64,000 nucleotides of DNA from Leptolyngbyaceae cyanobacterium (GCA_965263355.1 CBDHHL010000034.1:1-64000); one strand, 5' to 3'; shown: positions 1 through 10,578, counted from the first letter of the stretch. A program made the numbers and translations. The notes: generated by a model from the sequence alone, not told the origin.

Positions 1-8
1 GCGGTGTT

Positions 9-395
9 TTGCCCGCTTACCGCCCCGCGTTAATTCATAGTGGGGAAATATTGGTCCCTGGTGCCCCTACCCGCAGCGCAGCAGTGAACGCGATAGCCAC
101 TGGCCAGCCAATCCATGCTGTAACTTCAGACGGGCTATATCAAGGATCTGGGGGCTATGTCTTGAACCGCAATGATGTCCAGGGCTTGGTTAACGGACCT
201 CAGGGGAACCCATTGATTCAGCCTGCTACTATCCCGTCTGTTGTCGCTGGAGACAGTCAGCTTCAACCGCTGGACATGAGCGAACTAATGCAACAAACTG
301 GACTACTTGGCGAATTAGTACAACTGACCAAGGACGGGAAGCTAGGGCAAAAGGCAACAACACGACTGGCAAGGCACTCAAGATATAAGGCGTAG
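9..395 (+). CDS. C-terminal fragment of an upstream gene, possibly tape measure protein (truncated by window edge)
   Basis: Open frame from the window edge, directly ahead of tail-tip-like genes; position only. Confidence 0.35.
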   Translation: MPAYRPALIHSGEILVPGAPTRSAAVNAIATGQPIHAVTSDGLYQGSGGYVLNRNDVQGLVNGPQGNPLIQPATIPSVVAGDSQLQPLDMSELMQQTGLLGELVQLTKDGKLGQKATTRLARHSRYKA

Positions 396-460
396 TTGTA
401 TATACAACGGTTGCTTATGCAACTTTAGGCTAGAATGCTGACAGGCTAAGCCGTTTCCTG

Positions 461-1489
461 ATGTCAGTCACACGTAAATTCACAATTTGGTCTCCTGCCG
501 CAAAGCTAGCAGGCACTCCTGATTTGGTCATCAGTCGATCAGCTCAGGAGTTGGTCACGTATGAAGATCTTGGTCAGCTGCGTTACGAAGAGTTGACCGA
601 AACCGGCATTCTGACGCTACAAGAAAATGCAGCAGAAGCCAGGCTCTATACGTTTCAGATGGCCGACAGCATTGAAAAGACTGCCTTATTAAATTATTTA
701 AGAACACTTCAAAAGCGAGGCGATAGTAGCGCAAGCATCGCAATCCAAAAGGGCGAACTCCGGTTTCGAGATGAATGGTGGCGGTTCGACATAGCGGAAA
801 TCACAAATATTAATTTCCGTACAGCTACTGGCAGTCCTATCACCGTTGCTACTCGCCCGCTTACTTATTATGAAGCTCCTTGTTATCTCCTGATGGATGG
901 ACCATGGCGTTCTCGACTGGGAGCTAGCACAACCGCTACCGAAGAGACCAGTGGTGAGGGAGCTGATTTTGCTATCCTGGAGCGCATTAATCCAATCGAT
1001 AGCGACGGGATTACGGCCCAGCTGTCGGGGACTATTCGTATCGCTTACAGCACTGAATTTCAGGTCGATTTCACGATCCTCTCGAACCCATATATTCGAG
1101 GCCCCAGTAAGTCAGTTAATATTGACTATTCTCTAAGTGAGTCCCCTGGCATCACTGGGGTTCGACTAGGGACTTATAAACAAGAATGGTCGATTCAGGG
1201 AGCAGAGCTAACCCTAACTGAGCTAAAAGAGTTACGTTCGCTACTGAGCCGATGGCGAGACCAGGGGGGCAATATTACGCTCACAGACCTGACGAGTGAA
1301 ATCTCTGAGCCAACTCCACGGACTAGGGCAATTGCAACAGGGGTTGAAGATATTAGTAATGGGCAAACTCGTTATTTCGGGTCTTTCAACGTTGGTCAGC
1401 ATGAAAAGCTGAGTGTATCGCCAAAAAGTGGGGATAACACTAAAGTGCTTGTGGATATCACGTTCCGAGAGCTGGGGGCTAGTGCGTAG
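461..1489 (+). CDS. Putative distal tail/tail-tip protein
   Basis: 342-aa ORF, translationally coupled to the next gene; function from position. Confidence 0.45.
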   Translation: MSVTRKFTIWSPAAKLAGTPDLVISRSAQELVTYEDLGQLRYEELTETGILTLQENAAEARLYTFQMADSIEKTALLNYLRTLQKRGDSSASIAIQKGELRFRDEWWRFDIAEITNINFRTATGSPITVATRPLTYYEAPCYLLMDGPWRSRLGASTTATEETSGEGADFAILERINPIDSDGITAQLSGTIRIAYSTEFQVDFTILSNPYIRGPSKSVNIDYSLSESPGITGVRLGTYKQEWSIQGAELTLTELKELRSLLSRWRDQGGNITLTDLTSEISEPTPRTRAIATGVEDISNGQTRYFGSFNVGQHEKLSVSPKSGDNTKVLVDITFRELGASA

Positions 1490-4122
1490 TGACTGTAATT
1501 GCGAAGGCTTCTGTCTGGTCTCTGTCAATCACTATTTTGAACGCATCTCAGGCCGTTATTGGGGGGCCTTATGACTATTCAAATGCTCATTTAGATGTTG
1601 AATTAACTTTCCCTGAGATTGCCACCCGTAACACACCTAATACTTGGGCCGCATGGACAGCGACAGCAACATTGCAAGATGGGGTTGTTGCCTTCAGCCT
1701 GGATAATCGTGACACTGCCGCCAGCCCCACTGGGGCATCATTGTTAGCCAAAGGGAACCGGGTAGATCTGCAGCTTGGCGGTCAGCGATTCTGGCCATAT
1801 CTCTATATTATTGACACGCCTGATCCAATCACGCTGGACAACCAGCCTATACAGATCCAATTAGGCGACATCTCTCAACTGTCCAACCTACAAACACCCG
1901 AGGACAGCACTCCACACATAACTCTAGGCAACAGTACAGCGCCTCATACTCTAATCAACAGCATCGCCACCAGAGCGGGATTGCCAACGTCAGGCGATGC
2001 CATCAGCACTGGATGGAATATCTCAGTTCCTGTCCAGAAAACAGACACTCGCCCATGGCCAGACCAGATTGGAGAGATAGCGGCCTGCAATGGTTATTTT
2101 GCTTGGTTGGATAGCACAGAATCGTTGCGACTAACTCCAATAGATTTTAATCAGTCTACCCCAGTCATTGAACTGACCATAGGTCAAGATGAGGTTGGAA
2201 TAAACGGCTGGGAACCCAGGAATTTTGATGAACGACCACCGGGAGAGTTGACCGTCATTGGGGGAGGGGGGCTTGCCAAAGAGAGGGAGAACCCACGAAC
2301 AATCACTAGAACTGTGTTGGTCAATGAAGGTCAGCCTGACGAATATACAGCCCTAACCAGCACTGAAACCACAGAAATTGATACGCAGCTGGGGGCACCA
2401 CAAACAACAATCAGTTACGTCGAGAGTCAAGCCGAGCTGCAGATTCGGCCAAGAATTGCCACCACGGGTTCATCGGGCGGGCTGACAACAGTGACCGCGC
2501 TCGCCAACAACACGTCTACGTCTTTGCGGAGTGCTCAAACCAAGAACGTCACTCATCGTTTTAACGGAAGTACTGGAGTGCTGACTAGCACTACTAGCAC
2601 GGGACGGAAAGCAAGAGGGATTGCCGGGGGCGACGCCTACCGAGATGTTGAGGGGAATTCAGCCTTAACACTGATTGATGACGATGCCAATTTCACGACC
2701 GAATACGAGTATGACAACGTAACAAATTTAGTCAAAAAAATTACCCACACTGAAAGACTGCCTTATTGCCTGTTTGGGTTTAACAGCGCATTCCCTTCGT
2801 TTTACGAAAACAATCGTTTTGTAGAGCGAGATTATCTAACACGCACAACTACTTGGACGCAGCGGCTTAGCGTGACCGGTGATCCTCAGCTCGAAACCTG
2901 GGAGATCGATCAGATTACAAGACGACCTAGGGGCATAGTTTTTCCTGACTATGTAGGCAGTAATCCAGAGACGCTAGTTGTCGACCCTGACCCTAACGAG
3001 ACATTTACTATCCGTGCGTCTGATGGATCAACAGCGCCTCCCGAAACAATTTATCAGGAGTCTCTATACGAACAGGACGACACGTTATTTGAAGGCACGG
3101 TCCAGATTACGCCACTGGCTGGCAATGCATTTAAGCAGCCTCCTAAGTTTTTGAAAATCAATGCGCCAGTTATTGTGTCTGACCAGCAATGCGGATCCCT
3201 GGCCGAAACGTTTGCCAATTGGCAGCATGGGCTCAGCCTGGGCTACTCATTTGTGGGCGCAGTCCCAAGTGAATTGTTTAGTAGTTTTAGCCCAGGGATG
3301 CGGATCGATGTGACTATCGACAGCGTGACATCGGCTTACTTCCTAAACGGATTTAGCATTATTGGCAATACTGAAGAGACGCTATGGGGCTGCAACCTTG
3401 GATTGATTGGAGAGGTTGGGGTGACTCCTGACGTGGTGAATAAGGCGATCACTGCGCAACAATTTGCAATCGCCATTGGTGGTGGTGTTGCTGGGGCAAC
3501 TATGGTGAGCGGGGTTCAAGACCCAGCCATATTAGTTGGAGGGTCTGTCGCTGGGGCAGTGCTTGATAGTGGGCCTGATCCTTCGGCTAAGCTAATTGGT
3601 GGTGGTGTTGCTGGGGCAACTATGGTGAGTGGGGGGAGCCCATCTGCTTTAGTCGTTGGAGGAGTTTTAATCGGCGGATCAATGAGGTCGGGTAATACTG
3701 AACTGGTTGGAGGTGCTTTAGCCGGGGGTGCCTTGTTCGGTGGAGCGGCTAGCTTGGCGGGGGGTGCTGTCGCTGGAGGCACAATGACAAGCGGCAGTAG
3801 TGGCGCTAGCCTATCTGCTATTGCGTCAGGCGTATTTACTGACGATGGAACGACAATTACTGAGCTGTTCCTAGACGGGGTTAACGCTGGTGGCATTACT
3901 AGGGAAGCAACGGGACGATGGCTAGTTACTTTGGCGTCGGCAATGCCATCAGCCGATTTTGCCGCGATCGCGAGCGCTGATCCATCGTCAGGGGCCTCTA
4001 TTAATTACTCTCATGGCGCTCAATCGATTAGCACAACAACATTGAGAGTTTGGAGAGAGTCAAGCTCAGGCGCAGGGGCAAATGCAAATATTCAAAAAGT
4101 TAGTTTTGCAGTTTGGGGGTAA
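1489..4122 (+). CDS. Putative tail-tip/baseplate hub protein with Gly-rich repeats and a C-terminal ~100-aa domain
   Basis: 877 aa, Thr/Ser/Gly-rich; repeated (L/I)xGGxxAGA units; C-terminus paralogous to the next gene. Confidence 0.55.
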   Translation: MTVIAKASVWSLSITILNASQAVIGGPYDYSNAHLDVELTFPEIATRNTPNTWAAWTATATLQDGVVAFSLDNRDTAASPTGASLLAKGNRVDLQLGGQRFWPYLYIIDTPDPITLDNQPIQIQLGDISQLSNLQTPEDSTPHITLGNSTAPHTLINSIATRAGLPTSGDAISTGWNISVPVQKTDTRPWPDQIGEIAACNGYFAWLDSTESLRLTPIDFNQSTPVIELTIGQDEVGINGWEPRNFDERPPGELTVIGGGGLAKERENPRTITRTVLVNEGQPDEYTALTSTETTEIDTQLGAPQTTISYVESQAELQIRPRIATTGSSGGLTTVTALANNTSTSLRSAQTKNVTHRFNGSTGVLTSTTSTGRKARGIAGGDAYRDVEGNSALTLIDDDANFTTEYEYDNVTNLVKKITHTERLPYCLFGFNSAFPSFYENNRFVERDYLTRTTTWTQRLSVTGDPQLETWEIDQITRRPRGIVFPDYVGSNPETLVVDPDPNETFTIRASDGSTAPPETIYQESLYEQDDTLFEGTVQITPLAGNAFKQPPKFLKINAPVIVSDQQCGSLAETFANWQHGLSLGYSFVGAVPSELFSSFSPGMRIDVTIDSVTSAYFLNGFSIIGNTEETLWGCNLGLIGEVGVTPDVVNKAITAQQFAIAIGGGVAGATMVSGVQDPAILVGGSVAGAVLDSGPDPSAKLIGGGVAGATMVSGGSPSALVVGGVLIGGSMRSGNTELVGGALAGGALFGGAASLAGGAVAGGTMTSGSSGASLSAIASGVFTDDGTTITELFLDGVNAGGITREATGRWLVTLASAMPSADFAAIASADPSSGASINYSHGAQSISTTTLRVWRESSSGAGANANIQKVSFAVWG
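3475..3629 (+). repeat. 35-bp exact direct repeat inside the tail gene (3475-3509, 3595-3629)
   Basis: ATTGGTGGTGGTGTTGCTGGGGCAACTATGGTGAG twice, 120 bp apart, encoding IGGGVAGATMVS. Confidence 0.9.
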
Positions 4123-4124
4123 TT

Positions 4125-4442
4125 ATGGCGACAACAGCAGTAGCATCCTGCGTATTCACTGACGATGGCACTACAATCACTGAACTTTCCCTGGATGGCA
4201 TCAGCTCAGGGGGCATAGTGAGGGAAGCAACAGGACGATGGTTGATTACTTTGGATTCGGCTCAAGCCTCGGCTGATTATCCGTGTTTTGCTAATGCGGA
4301 TCCATCGTCTGGCGCTTCGTTAAACTATGCTCATGGCGCGCAGTCGATAAGCTCAACAACATTTCGAGTTTGGCGAGAGTCTAGCGGGGGTGCGGGAGCG
4401 AGCCCGAACGTCCAAAAAGTTAGTTGTATAGTTTTAGGTTAA
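4125..4442 (+). CDS. Small tail protein, stand-alone paralog of the preceding C-terminal domain
   Basis: Shares FTDDGTTITEL, REATGRW, ADPSSGAS, HGAQSIS, RVWRESS with the 877-aa protein. Confidence 0.75.
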   Translation: MATTAVASCVFTDDGTTITELSLDGISSGGIVREATGRWLITLDSAQASADYPCFANADPSSGASLNYAHGAQSISSTTFRVWRESSGGAGASPNVQKVSCIVLG

Positions 4443-4445
4443 AAA

Positions 4446-4889
4446 ATGGCAAATCCAACATCTTTCATTCTTAATCAAGCTGGTGCGTCTCAATTTACGG
4501 GCGATGCGCTGAACAGTGCAACAATCAGGCTAAGGCTTAGTACTGGGACTGGGCTTTCAGCGACTAGTGTAATTGGAGATGTCGCAACAAACGAATTATC
4601 AGGCAACGGCTATCCAGCCGGGGGGATTACGCTAACGTATCAGTCAGCAACATGGGATGCTACAGATAACCGCACAGAAGCAACTTTTGCAGTAGCTAAC
4701 CTGACCCCATCAGGCGGCAACCTTACTTGGAGGCAAGCCACTGTGACTATAAATAATGGGACCGATGCAATATGGGGTACGTTTCAATGGGCAGCAGATG
4801 AAACGGCCAGCGATGGGGTCGCTTATCCATTCACAGTTAAGTTGACACTTGGCGCTGAAGGCTCAACCGTAAATATTTCTGATAGCTAA
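4446..4889 (+). CDS. Putative tail fibre/structural protein
   Basis: 147 aa with ELSGNGY..GG motif familiar from phage tail-fibre-associated proteins; position. Confidence 0.55.
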   Translation: MANPTSFILNQAGASQFTGDALNSATIRLRLSTGTGLSATSVIGDVATNELSGNGYPAGGITLTYQSATWDATDNRTEATFAVANLTPSGGNLTWRQATVTINNGTDAIWGTFQWAADETASDGVAYPFTVKLTLGAEGSTVNISDS

Positions 4890-4890
4890 T

Positions 4891-5892
4891 ATGAACGTAT
4901 CCTCTCGCCTCGCTATCGCAAACCTCGCCCGTTCTGATCAACGAGCTGAACGAGAAGATATTGCTGCAGATTCGCCTCAAGCATCTGTCATTCGTGGCAA
5001 GCTGATTAGTTCTAGCCGAGACGGATATACTTTGCAGACCCAAAGCGGAGGGACAATCACGATCCCTCGACGAACGACAGATCCACAAAATTTCAGCCCA
5101 ACCAAAGGGGCTGTCTATCAGGCTTCAATTAGTGCTGGGATTGCTCGTATACAGGCCAGCAGCCGAAGCAAAGCAGCCGATCCCCAGCGGCGTGCCGTCA
5201 AACAATTTATTGTTGCTGCTGGCCCACCAACCATTGACGACAAGGGCACGCCTGACACTCCATTTTGGGTTGACATTGGCACGAAAGATCCTGCTGGCGG
5301 GCTATTCCAGTCTGATTTGTACATCTGGTCAGGGTCGCTTGATGGGTATGCCAAAGTTTCAGGCGATGGGGCGATAATTAATTTTGTTGCTGGGCCGCCG
5401 ACCACCCCAGCGCCATCAGGGACTGTCAACGGCCAATGGCATTACAACACTACAGACAATACTCTGTCTGTCTATGATGAGGCTGCTGATGTGTGGCGGC
5501 CTGTTGGTGGTGGGGGCGGCGCACCCATTAATTACGTTGCTGGGCCACCGACTACCCCCGCTCCCCCAGGCACTGTTGATGGTGAGGGCCATTACGATAC
5601 AGTTGTTGGCAGGCTGTGGAATTATGACCTAGCCAACACTACTTGGAGGGCTTCCGGTTCAAAGAATTTTTTCCAGGGTGTTCCGTCTTCTGATCCGAAC
5701 TCTTTTGTTAGGGGAGACATGGTTACCGTGTATCAGGAGGATGGGACGCCTTGCGTTTATATTTGGTCGGATCAACTAAGTGATTGGTTATTGGCGACCT
5801 GTTGTTCTGGCTGCGCTGAAGACTTCTTTAATAGTCAATGCGATGACGACGAAGGCTTCAACGGGAACCTTTGCTCACCACTTCCACCATAA
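4891..5892 (+). CDS. Putative tail fibre protein with internal repeats
   Basis: Repeated IN(F/Y)VAGPPTTPAPxGTVxGxxHY and W-x-W fibre-like segments; Cys-rich end. Confidence 0.55.
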   Translation: MNVSSRLAIANLARSDQRAEREDIAADSPQASVIRGKLISSSRDGYTLQTQSGGTITIPRRTTDPQNFSPTKGAVYQASISAGIARIQASSRSKAADPQRRAVKQFIVAAGPPTIDDKGTPDTPFWVDIGTKDPAGGLFQSDLYIWSGSLDGYAKVSGDGAIINFVAGPPTTPAPSGTVNGQWHYNTTDNTLSVYDEAADVWRPVGGGGGAPINYVAGPPTTPAPPGTVDGEGHYDTVVGRLWNYDLANTTWRASGSKNFFQGVPSSDPNSFVRGDMVTVYQEDGTPCVYIWSDQLSDWLLATCCSGCAEDFFNSQCDDDEGFNGNLCSPLPP

Positions 5893-5896
5893 TCTT

Positions 5897-6796
5897 ATGC
5901 AACTTTATTCTCAATTCCCTCCTGACAAACTGGCCACTCAAAATGTAATTAGGGCCAATGGCATCAAGCCTGTGATCTCGGCTGATTTCAGAAAGATCTA
6001 TGGTCTTTCAATCAGCGCTGATGTTGGCGCGTTTGGACGGCGGGCAGATTTAACCGAGCTTGACAAACAACTTGACCAAGCCGATGGGTTAGACGTTCAT
6101 ATTCACCCAATCATCTGTCGCTATCCTGAGCTAAAAGGCCGCGATTCGTTAGCACTGAAAGGTCATATCAACAGCTTAGCCAGACCAATTGTTGACCATT
6201 GCGTCAGTCGAGGGCTCAGAAAAATAACCCTGGCAGGCGAGCTAACCCTATGTGGTGACACCGATCTTTGGACAGAAATAGTTGACTTTTATAAGGCCAT
6301 CCATGCGGAATATCCAGAGCTGGAACTTTGGATTTCATCGCATAGAATCCGTCAGCAAGGCGATCGCGATAGTATCCTAACTCGGCTCGAAGATTTGCAG
6401 GGCATCGTATCAGGATTTATCGGGGCTGATTATATTAGCCTGTATCGAACAAAGTCTGAAATTCCTAAGCAGGTTGGCCCGGTGCAGTGGATGGCAATAT
6501 CAGCCATGGGAACAGTTTCGCTAATGCGACTGAATTATCTCCCCCCATTCTGGCGAGAACTGCAAAGCGCTGGACTTAAGGTCGCGTTTGAAACGTCAGC
6601 GCTGTCTACAGTTGACCTGCCTATTATCAGGAAAGCGCAAACACAGATATATAGAGAAATCAGCGCCAAATGCGAACATCATGGCGCTGATTTATGGTTG
6701 TGGAATATTTGTGAGCAGAGTTCCCGAGACCACCAGGGCAACCATAGTTACTCTGGTATCTGGGACGATCTCGGGAACATGCGGTTAAGCATCTAA
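5897..6796 (+). CDS. Putative glycoside hydrolase-like TIM-barrel protein
   Basis: ATG 5897; VHIHPII, LAGELT, VAFETS loosely resemble clan GH-A (GH10-like) motifs. Confidence 0.3.
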   Translation: MQLYSQFPPDKLATQNVIRANGIKPVISADFRKIYGLSISADVGAFGRRADLTELDKQLDQADGLDVHIHPIICRYPELKGRDSLALKGHINSLARPIVDHCVSRGLRKITLAGELTLCGDTDLWTEIVDFYKAIHAEYPELELWISSHRIRQQGDRDSILTRLEDLQGIVSGFIGADYISLYRTKSEIPKQVGPVQWMAISAMGTVSLMRLNYLPPFWRELQSAGLKVAFETSALSTVDLPIIRKAQTQIYREISAKCEHHGADLWLWNICEQSSRDHQGNHSYSGIWDDLGNMRLSI

Positions 6797-7293
6797 AAAT
6801 CGTATCGCATTATTCCCGACCCCTCGTAGCTGCCAACAGAGAAATGAGACCCTTCGTAGACAGCCGTAAGCCGTCGTTCTGCTGGATCGCAGAACGCAAC
6901 CAAAGTTGCGAACTCAGATTCGCTGAGCTCCATAAGGTTCTCGTAAAACATCCATCTCTCATCGAAGCCGCCCCGAGAGAGGTAGGCTTTTTTATCTGTC
7001 TGCCACTTTCCCGTTTTCATTTCTTCACTCCTTATTTTTTTAATTCAACAATCCAGTTTGATCACATCTCAGTAAGTTCAAACGCGAAACCATCCGCGAA
7101 ACCATCATTCTCGATTGCCTTGTACTTGATTAGCTCGGGCTCTCCCGTTGTGCCTGCTGCAACGTCGGCAAGGTACAAATACCATTCGCCATCACTATAG
7201 ATGGCGTCAATCTGCCAAGACTGACAATGGAAGTAAGTGACAGCTGCGCGGGTGATGCGGCATTGCAATTCATTATCCATAATCATATGTTCC

Positions 7294-7563
7294 TTACAGG
7301 TACCTATAGGTTTTTGCAGTAATGGCCCCTGGTTCATTACTGCAAGTGCAAAAAACAACGACCGGCTCAGGCTCTAAATCCCCTGGCTGTCCATAGGACA
7401 GTTCAACCCAGGATTCATATCCATATTCGCCGTCTGTATCAGGTACATTTTCCCAGTCTTTATCGGCCACAAGCCGTTCAATACTGGAAATCAAGGACTC
7501 GATATCGATATGGCTTTCTGAAAAATATTGTCTTGCTTCCAAAACTAATGATTGAGTAGTCAT
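7294..7563 (-). CDS. Hypothetical protein
   Basis: 89-aa ORF with GGAG-like RBS upstream. Confidence 0.5.
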   Translation of the reverse strand: MTTQSLVLEARQYFSESHIDIESLISSIERLVADKDWENVPDTDGEYGYESWVELSYGQPGDLEPEPVVVFCTCSNEPGAITAKTYRYL

Positions 7564-7899
7564 TTCTTTCGGCTCCTTGCCTTTAACTGGTTCAGTTATA
7601 ACTTCTAAAGGTTATTCCCGTCAAGGGGGATCTCAATTTTTTTTGAGATGACTAGTTCGCCTTTCCATATCCTTGTTAGGAAAACCCCTAAGCTTGGCTG
7701 CCCATTGTATAGGCAGTCAAGGTTTCTGAGTACTTCCTTGAGACCTTCTCTGGCTTCTTCTGGCAGCGAGCACCCCCACTGGGCGACGCCTATTTTCTTT
7801 CTTGGCATGGCTTTTCCTCTAAAGGTTACAGCCCACCCTAGCACAGTTTAACTTGCGGTTGGAAGAGTCCTTTTCCAAGTCAAATTATTCCGCAATCGC

Positions 7900-7937
7900 T
7901 TGACGGCATCATCTTGATTGTTTATGATGCAATCAAG
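7900..7937 (+). promoter_or_regulatory. Sigma70-type promoter overlapped by a palindromic operator (copy 1)
   Basis: TTGACG-17bp-TATGAT (7900-7928); CTTGATTG-N9-CAATCAAG inverted repeat at 7913-7937. Confidence 0.75.
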
Positions 7938-8194
7938 TTACTGAGGAAGATAAATGTTTATTGCACAGAGTATCACTACCGGCGCATACGTTGAGATTAG
8001 CGCTCGCTATTCCTTTGAAGTCGCCGAGCAGGCACCCGAGGGATACACCCGAATCATGAAAAAAGAGGCGGCGATCGCCTGGGGGTACATTAATGCCTAA
8101 CCACGGAGGCAAGCGACAGGGGGCAGGCCGAAAGCCCTCTGGTCGTACAAAACGGGTAGGGCCGTTCATGCTGTCCCCTGAGGCGGCGGAATGG
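7913..8194 (+). repeat. 282-bp direct repeat, copy 1 (copy 2 at 19872-20153)
   Basis: Identical by eye at offset 11959. Confidence 0.95.
7954..8100 (+). CDS. 48-aa small protein (MFIAQSITTGAYVEISARY...), not in ORF track
   Basis: GAGGAAG RBS, ATG 7954, TAA overlapping next start; duplicated at 19913-20059. Confidence 0.6.
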   Translation: MFIAQSITTGAYVEISARYSFEVAEQAPEGYTRIMKKEAAIAWGYINA

Positions 8195-8281
8195 CTGGAT
8201 AAACAGGACAACAAGTCCGCTGCTGACAACAAGTCCGCTGCTATTGATGAATTAATTAAAAAGTTAATTCTAGAAACCTAA
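8093..8281 (+). CDS. Small DNA-binding protein (GGKRQGAGRKP arm plus RHH-like fold)
   Basis: HGGxRxGAGRKP motif typical of small phage regulators. Confidence 0.65.
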   Translation: MPNHGGKRQGAGRKPSGRTKRVGPFMLSPEAAEWLDKQDNKSAADNKSAAIDELIKKLILET

Positions 8282-8284
8282 AAC

Positions 8285-8320
8285 AAAACCGCCCTACCTT
8301 AACTGGTTTGGGCGGTTTTT
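8285..8320. terminator. Bidirectional intrinsic terminator
   Basis: AAAACCGCCC...GGGCGGTTTTT between convergent genes. Confidence 0.7.
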
Positions 8321-8942
8321 GTATTGTCAATCAGGTCAAAACTCTAAGATGCCTTCCCGTTGGCTTTCCGCTTTTCAATGCTGCTTCAGGGAAGTCTGGC
8401 AACGATACCTCATCAGGGGACTGAAACACGCCATTACGACGCCTGCCGAGATATTCTCCTGTTTTAGGATCAAACTGATAGCCCAGCTTGCGAGCTAGTT
8501 CGTGTCGTTCTCTTGGAATGCCTGAAAGATTCGCCATTGCTAAAAACCCAAAATAAAACCCCCAGCCGTAGCCGAGGGTTGACCTTTGTTCCCATTTACA
8601 CGCCCTAAACTCGTGTAAATTACTGCTCGATCTTATCCTAAAAACCCATGGGCTGAGTCCGGCCATTGATAACCCTGTATGAGTTATCGCTGTAGTGCAA
8701 CCAGAACTGACGCTGCAGCGGTAAAACAATGCCCCAGCTGTCAGCGGGGATATCCCAGTTGCCCCCTAGTGATTTGTTCCCGCTATGGATGAACGGGAAT
8801 GGTAGATTATCTTCGCCCACCCTAAGCTTATCCTTGGCCCATTGGTTTAGCCCTATGGCAGTGTCAATATCGACGTCCTGCACTGTGGGCTGTTTGACGG
8901 CCTCAGTTAGTAGGCCGAATCCGATCCGCTTGATAAGCTTGT

Positions 8943-9143
8943 TCATGAGTTCTTGATCAGCTCTTTTAGCATGTTCGCCTCAGTGGACTGGGAGTTTTCC
9001 TTGATCTCTTCGACGAGGTCAGAAACCACGCGGCCTGGTCGTGTCGTTTGGGTGTAGCTGTACAGCAAGCCTAAGGCTAGTAGGACAATATCATTGCCCA
9101 GCCAGGTGGCTAGGTGGTCTGTGAAAAAAGAGGTATTTTCCAT
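8943..9143 (-). CDS. Small single-TM protein, possibly holin-like
   Basis: 66 aa, one hydrophobic stretch then charged tail. Confidence 0.3.
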   Translation of the reverse strand: MENTSFFTDHLATWLGNDIVLLALGLLYSYTQTTRPGRVVSDLVEEIKENSQSTEANMLKELIKNS

Positions 9144-9412
9144 GGTGCCTAAAACTCTGAAGGTTCACCTCAAGGATAACAATTTGCTCAGGCGATAGTG
9201 TCAATAAGGCCATACGCGCAAAAAAGAACCCCGTCGGTCGGGACGGGGAGAACACAGGAGTATTTGTTTCGGAGATAACAAGGCCATTCTAACAAAAAAG
9301 CCAGCATTGGCGCTGGCTAAGTTAGTACTATATTTCTGATGTCACAGAGAAAGAAGTCGCCTACTTGGTCAAAGACTCTGTGGGATGCTCCAAAATTAGT
9401 GACGAGACTATT

Positions 9413-9796
9413 CTATCCTCCCAGTAACTCAACAGCCAACAAACCCAGTCCCATAAGACAACAAAAAGACAGCATTACCCTAATCACATCACCCCACCAC
9501 AGTTCCAGCCTGCTAGGCACTCGCGTATCATTCCAAGTCCATGGCCGTTTGTTGAGCCGGATTAGTCTACTTTCTGCGCCATGGATTGTATCTTTGTGCA
9601 TAGTGCAGTACGCAATCCTACACCAGGGTAGCCGCTTTGCCTGGGGGTATCGGTGGTGATGCTCCCAGCGGTTTCTCAGGTTCACTGACTTGCCAACGTA
9701 CCAAGTAATAAACAGCCAACGCACGGCGTAGAGCCCAGGCTTGCTGGGGAGACTGTCACGCTTTCTTAGTGGTACTGATGGCCAGAATAGAATCAT
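9413..9796 (-). CDS. GIY-YIG nuclease-family protein with C-terminal hydrophobic segment
   Basis: PGLYAV...WYVGKSVNLRNRW...HH...AE..LI pattern. Confidence 0.75.
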   Translation of the reverse strand: MILFWPSVPLRKRDSLPSKPGLYAVRWLFITWYVGKSVNLRNRWEHHHRYPQAKRLPWCRIAYCTMHKDTIHGAESRLIRLNKRPWTWNDTRVPSRLELWWGDVIRVMLSFCCLMGLGLLAVELLGG

Positions 9797-9927
9797 TGCT
9801 CAGCCCAATAATAGATATCTTTTTCTGAATCGTACTCTTCCGTCCAAGGCAGCATTCGCGTCTTCCAAAGACTCAAAATAACCACAGGGGCAATAAACCT
9901 CATCATCTGTTACGTCTGCTATTTCAA

Positions 9928-10305
9928 TCATAGTGAAGGCTCAACCGTTGGTAAGTGTGAAATGTCTTCATAATCAATGACATCAGAAATAGTCTGCATG
10001 ATTTCCCGGCAAAGCTTTCTTCGTGCTCGCTTTGGGCTAATAGCCTCCCCTGTTTCGTCTGCCATTTGCTGTTGCATCGCTTTGATTTCATTGATAAAAA
10101 AATCTTTGTCAATGGAAGTTTTTTGACTGCTAGAGCTAATAAACAGAGTTAGCCAGAGATCGTTCTGCTGACTAGTTAATTCATTTTTTATGCTTGTAAC
10201 CCAGCTTATGTCATCTATTTTTAATGGCGACTTGGCAATGACATCTATCACGTAGCGATTGTTATCTGAGTCGTAACCTTGAGACTTAAAGTGCTTCACG
10301 ATCAA
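9928..10305 (-). CDS. Hypothetical protein
   Basis: 125-aa ORF overlapping its neighbour. Confidence 0.45.
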   Translation of the reverse strand: MIVKHFKSQGYDSDNNRYVIDVIAKSPLKIDDISWVTSIKNELTSQQNDLWLTLFISSSSQKTSIDKDFFINEIKAMQQQMADETGEAISPKRARRKLCREIMQTISDVIDYEDISHLPTVEPSL

Positions 10306-10504
10306 TTACAATCTCCTCTAAAGTTTCTAATCGTTTGGTTTGATTTTTAAGGATTTTCACTTGTTTATTTAGTTCGTCAATTTCTTCTTGCAAGAAAGCA
10401 ATTTTTTTATTTTGCTTTCTGCTAGCGTCAGAAGTGAAGATGTTTTCTATCGCCATGATAGCCATGGCTATTAAGCCAAATAACAGAATATCCATTTGAA
10501 TCAT
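10286..10504 (-). CDS. Small TM plus coiled-coil protein
   Basis: N-terminal hydrophobic helix, heptad-like C-terminus. Confidence 0.5.
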   Translation of the reverse strand: MIQMDILLFGLIAMAIMAIENIFTSDASRKQNKKIAFLQEEIDELNKQVKILKNQTKRLETLEEIVIDREAL

Positions 10505-10578
10505 CGCCTCGCATACGCTTCATTAACTCAACCTGATCTCGCTTATCCATCCCCATGGGCTTATTGCCTTGACCGCCA

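Noticed and set aside
3810..4442. Diversity-generating retroelement VR/TR pair
   Set aside because: Differences are not restricted to adenines, both copies are coding, and no reverse transcriptase is in the window
7933..8232. Minus-strand ORFs in the duplicated cassette (also 19892-20161)
   Set aside because: Promoter, RBS and coupled ORFs all support the + strand; these are shadow frames
9798..9814. Partial match to the reverse complement of spacer 2 (self-targeting)
   Set aside because: Only about 14/17 nt with no extension; compatible with chance
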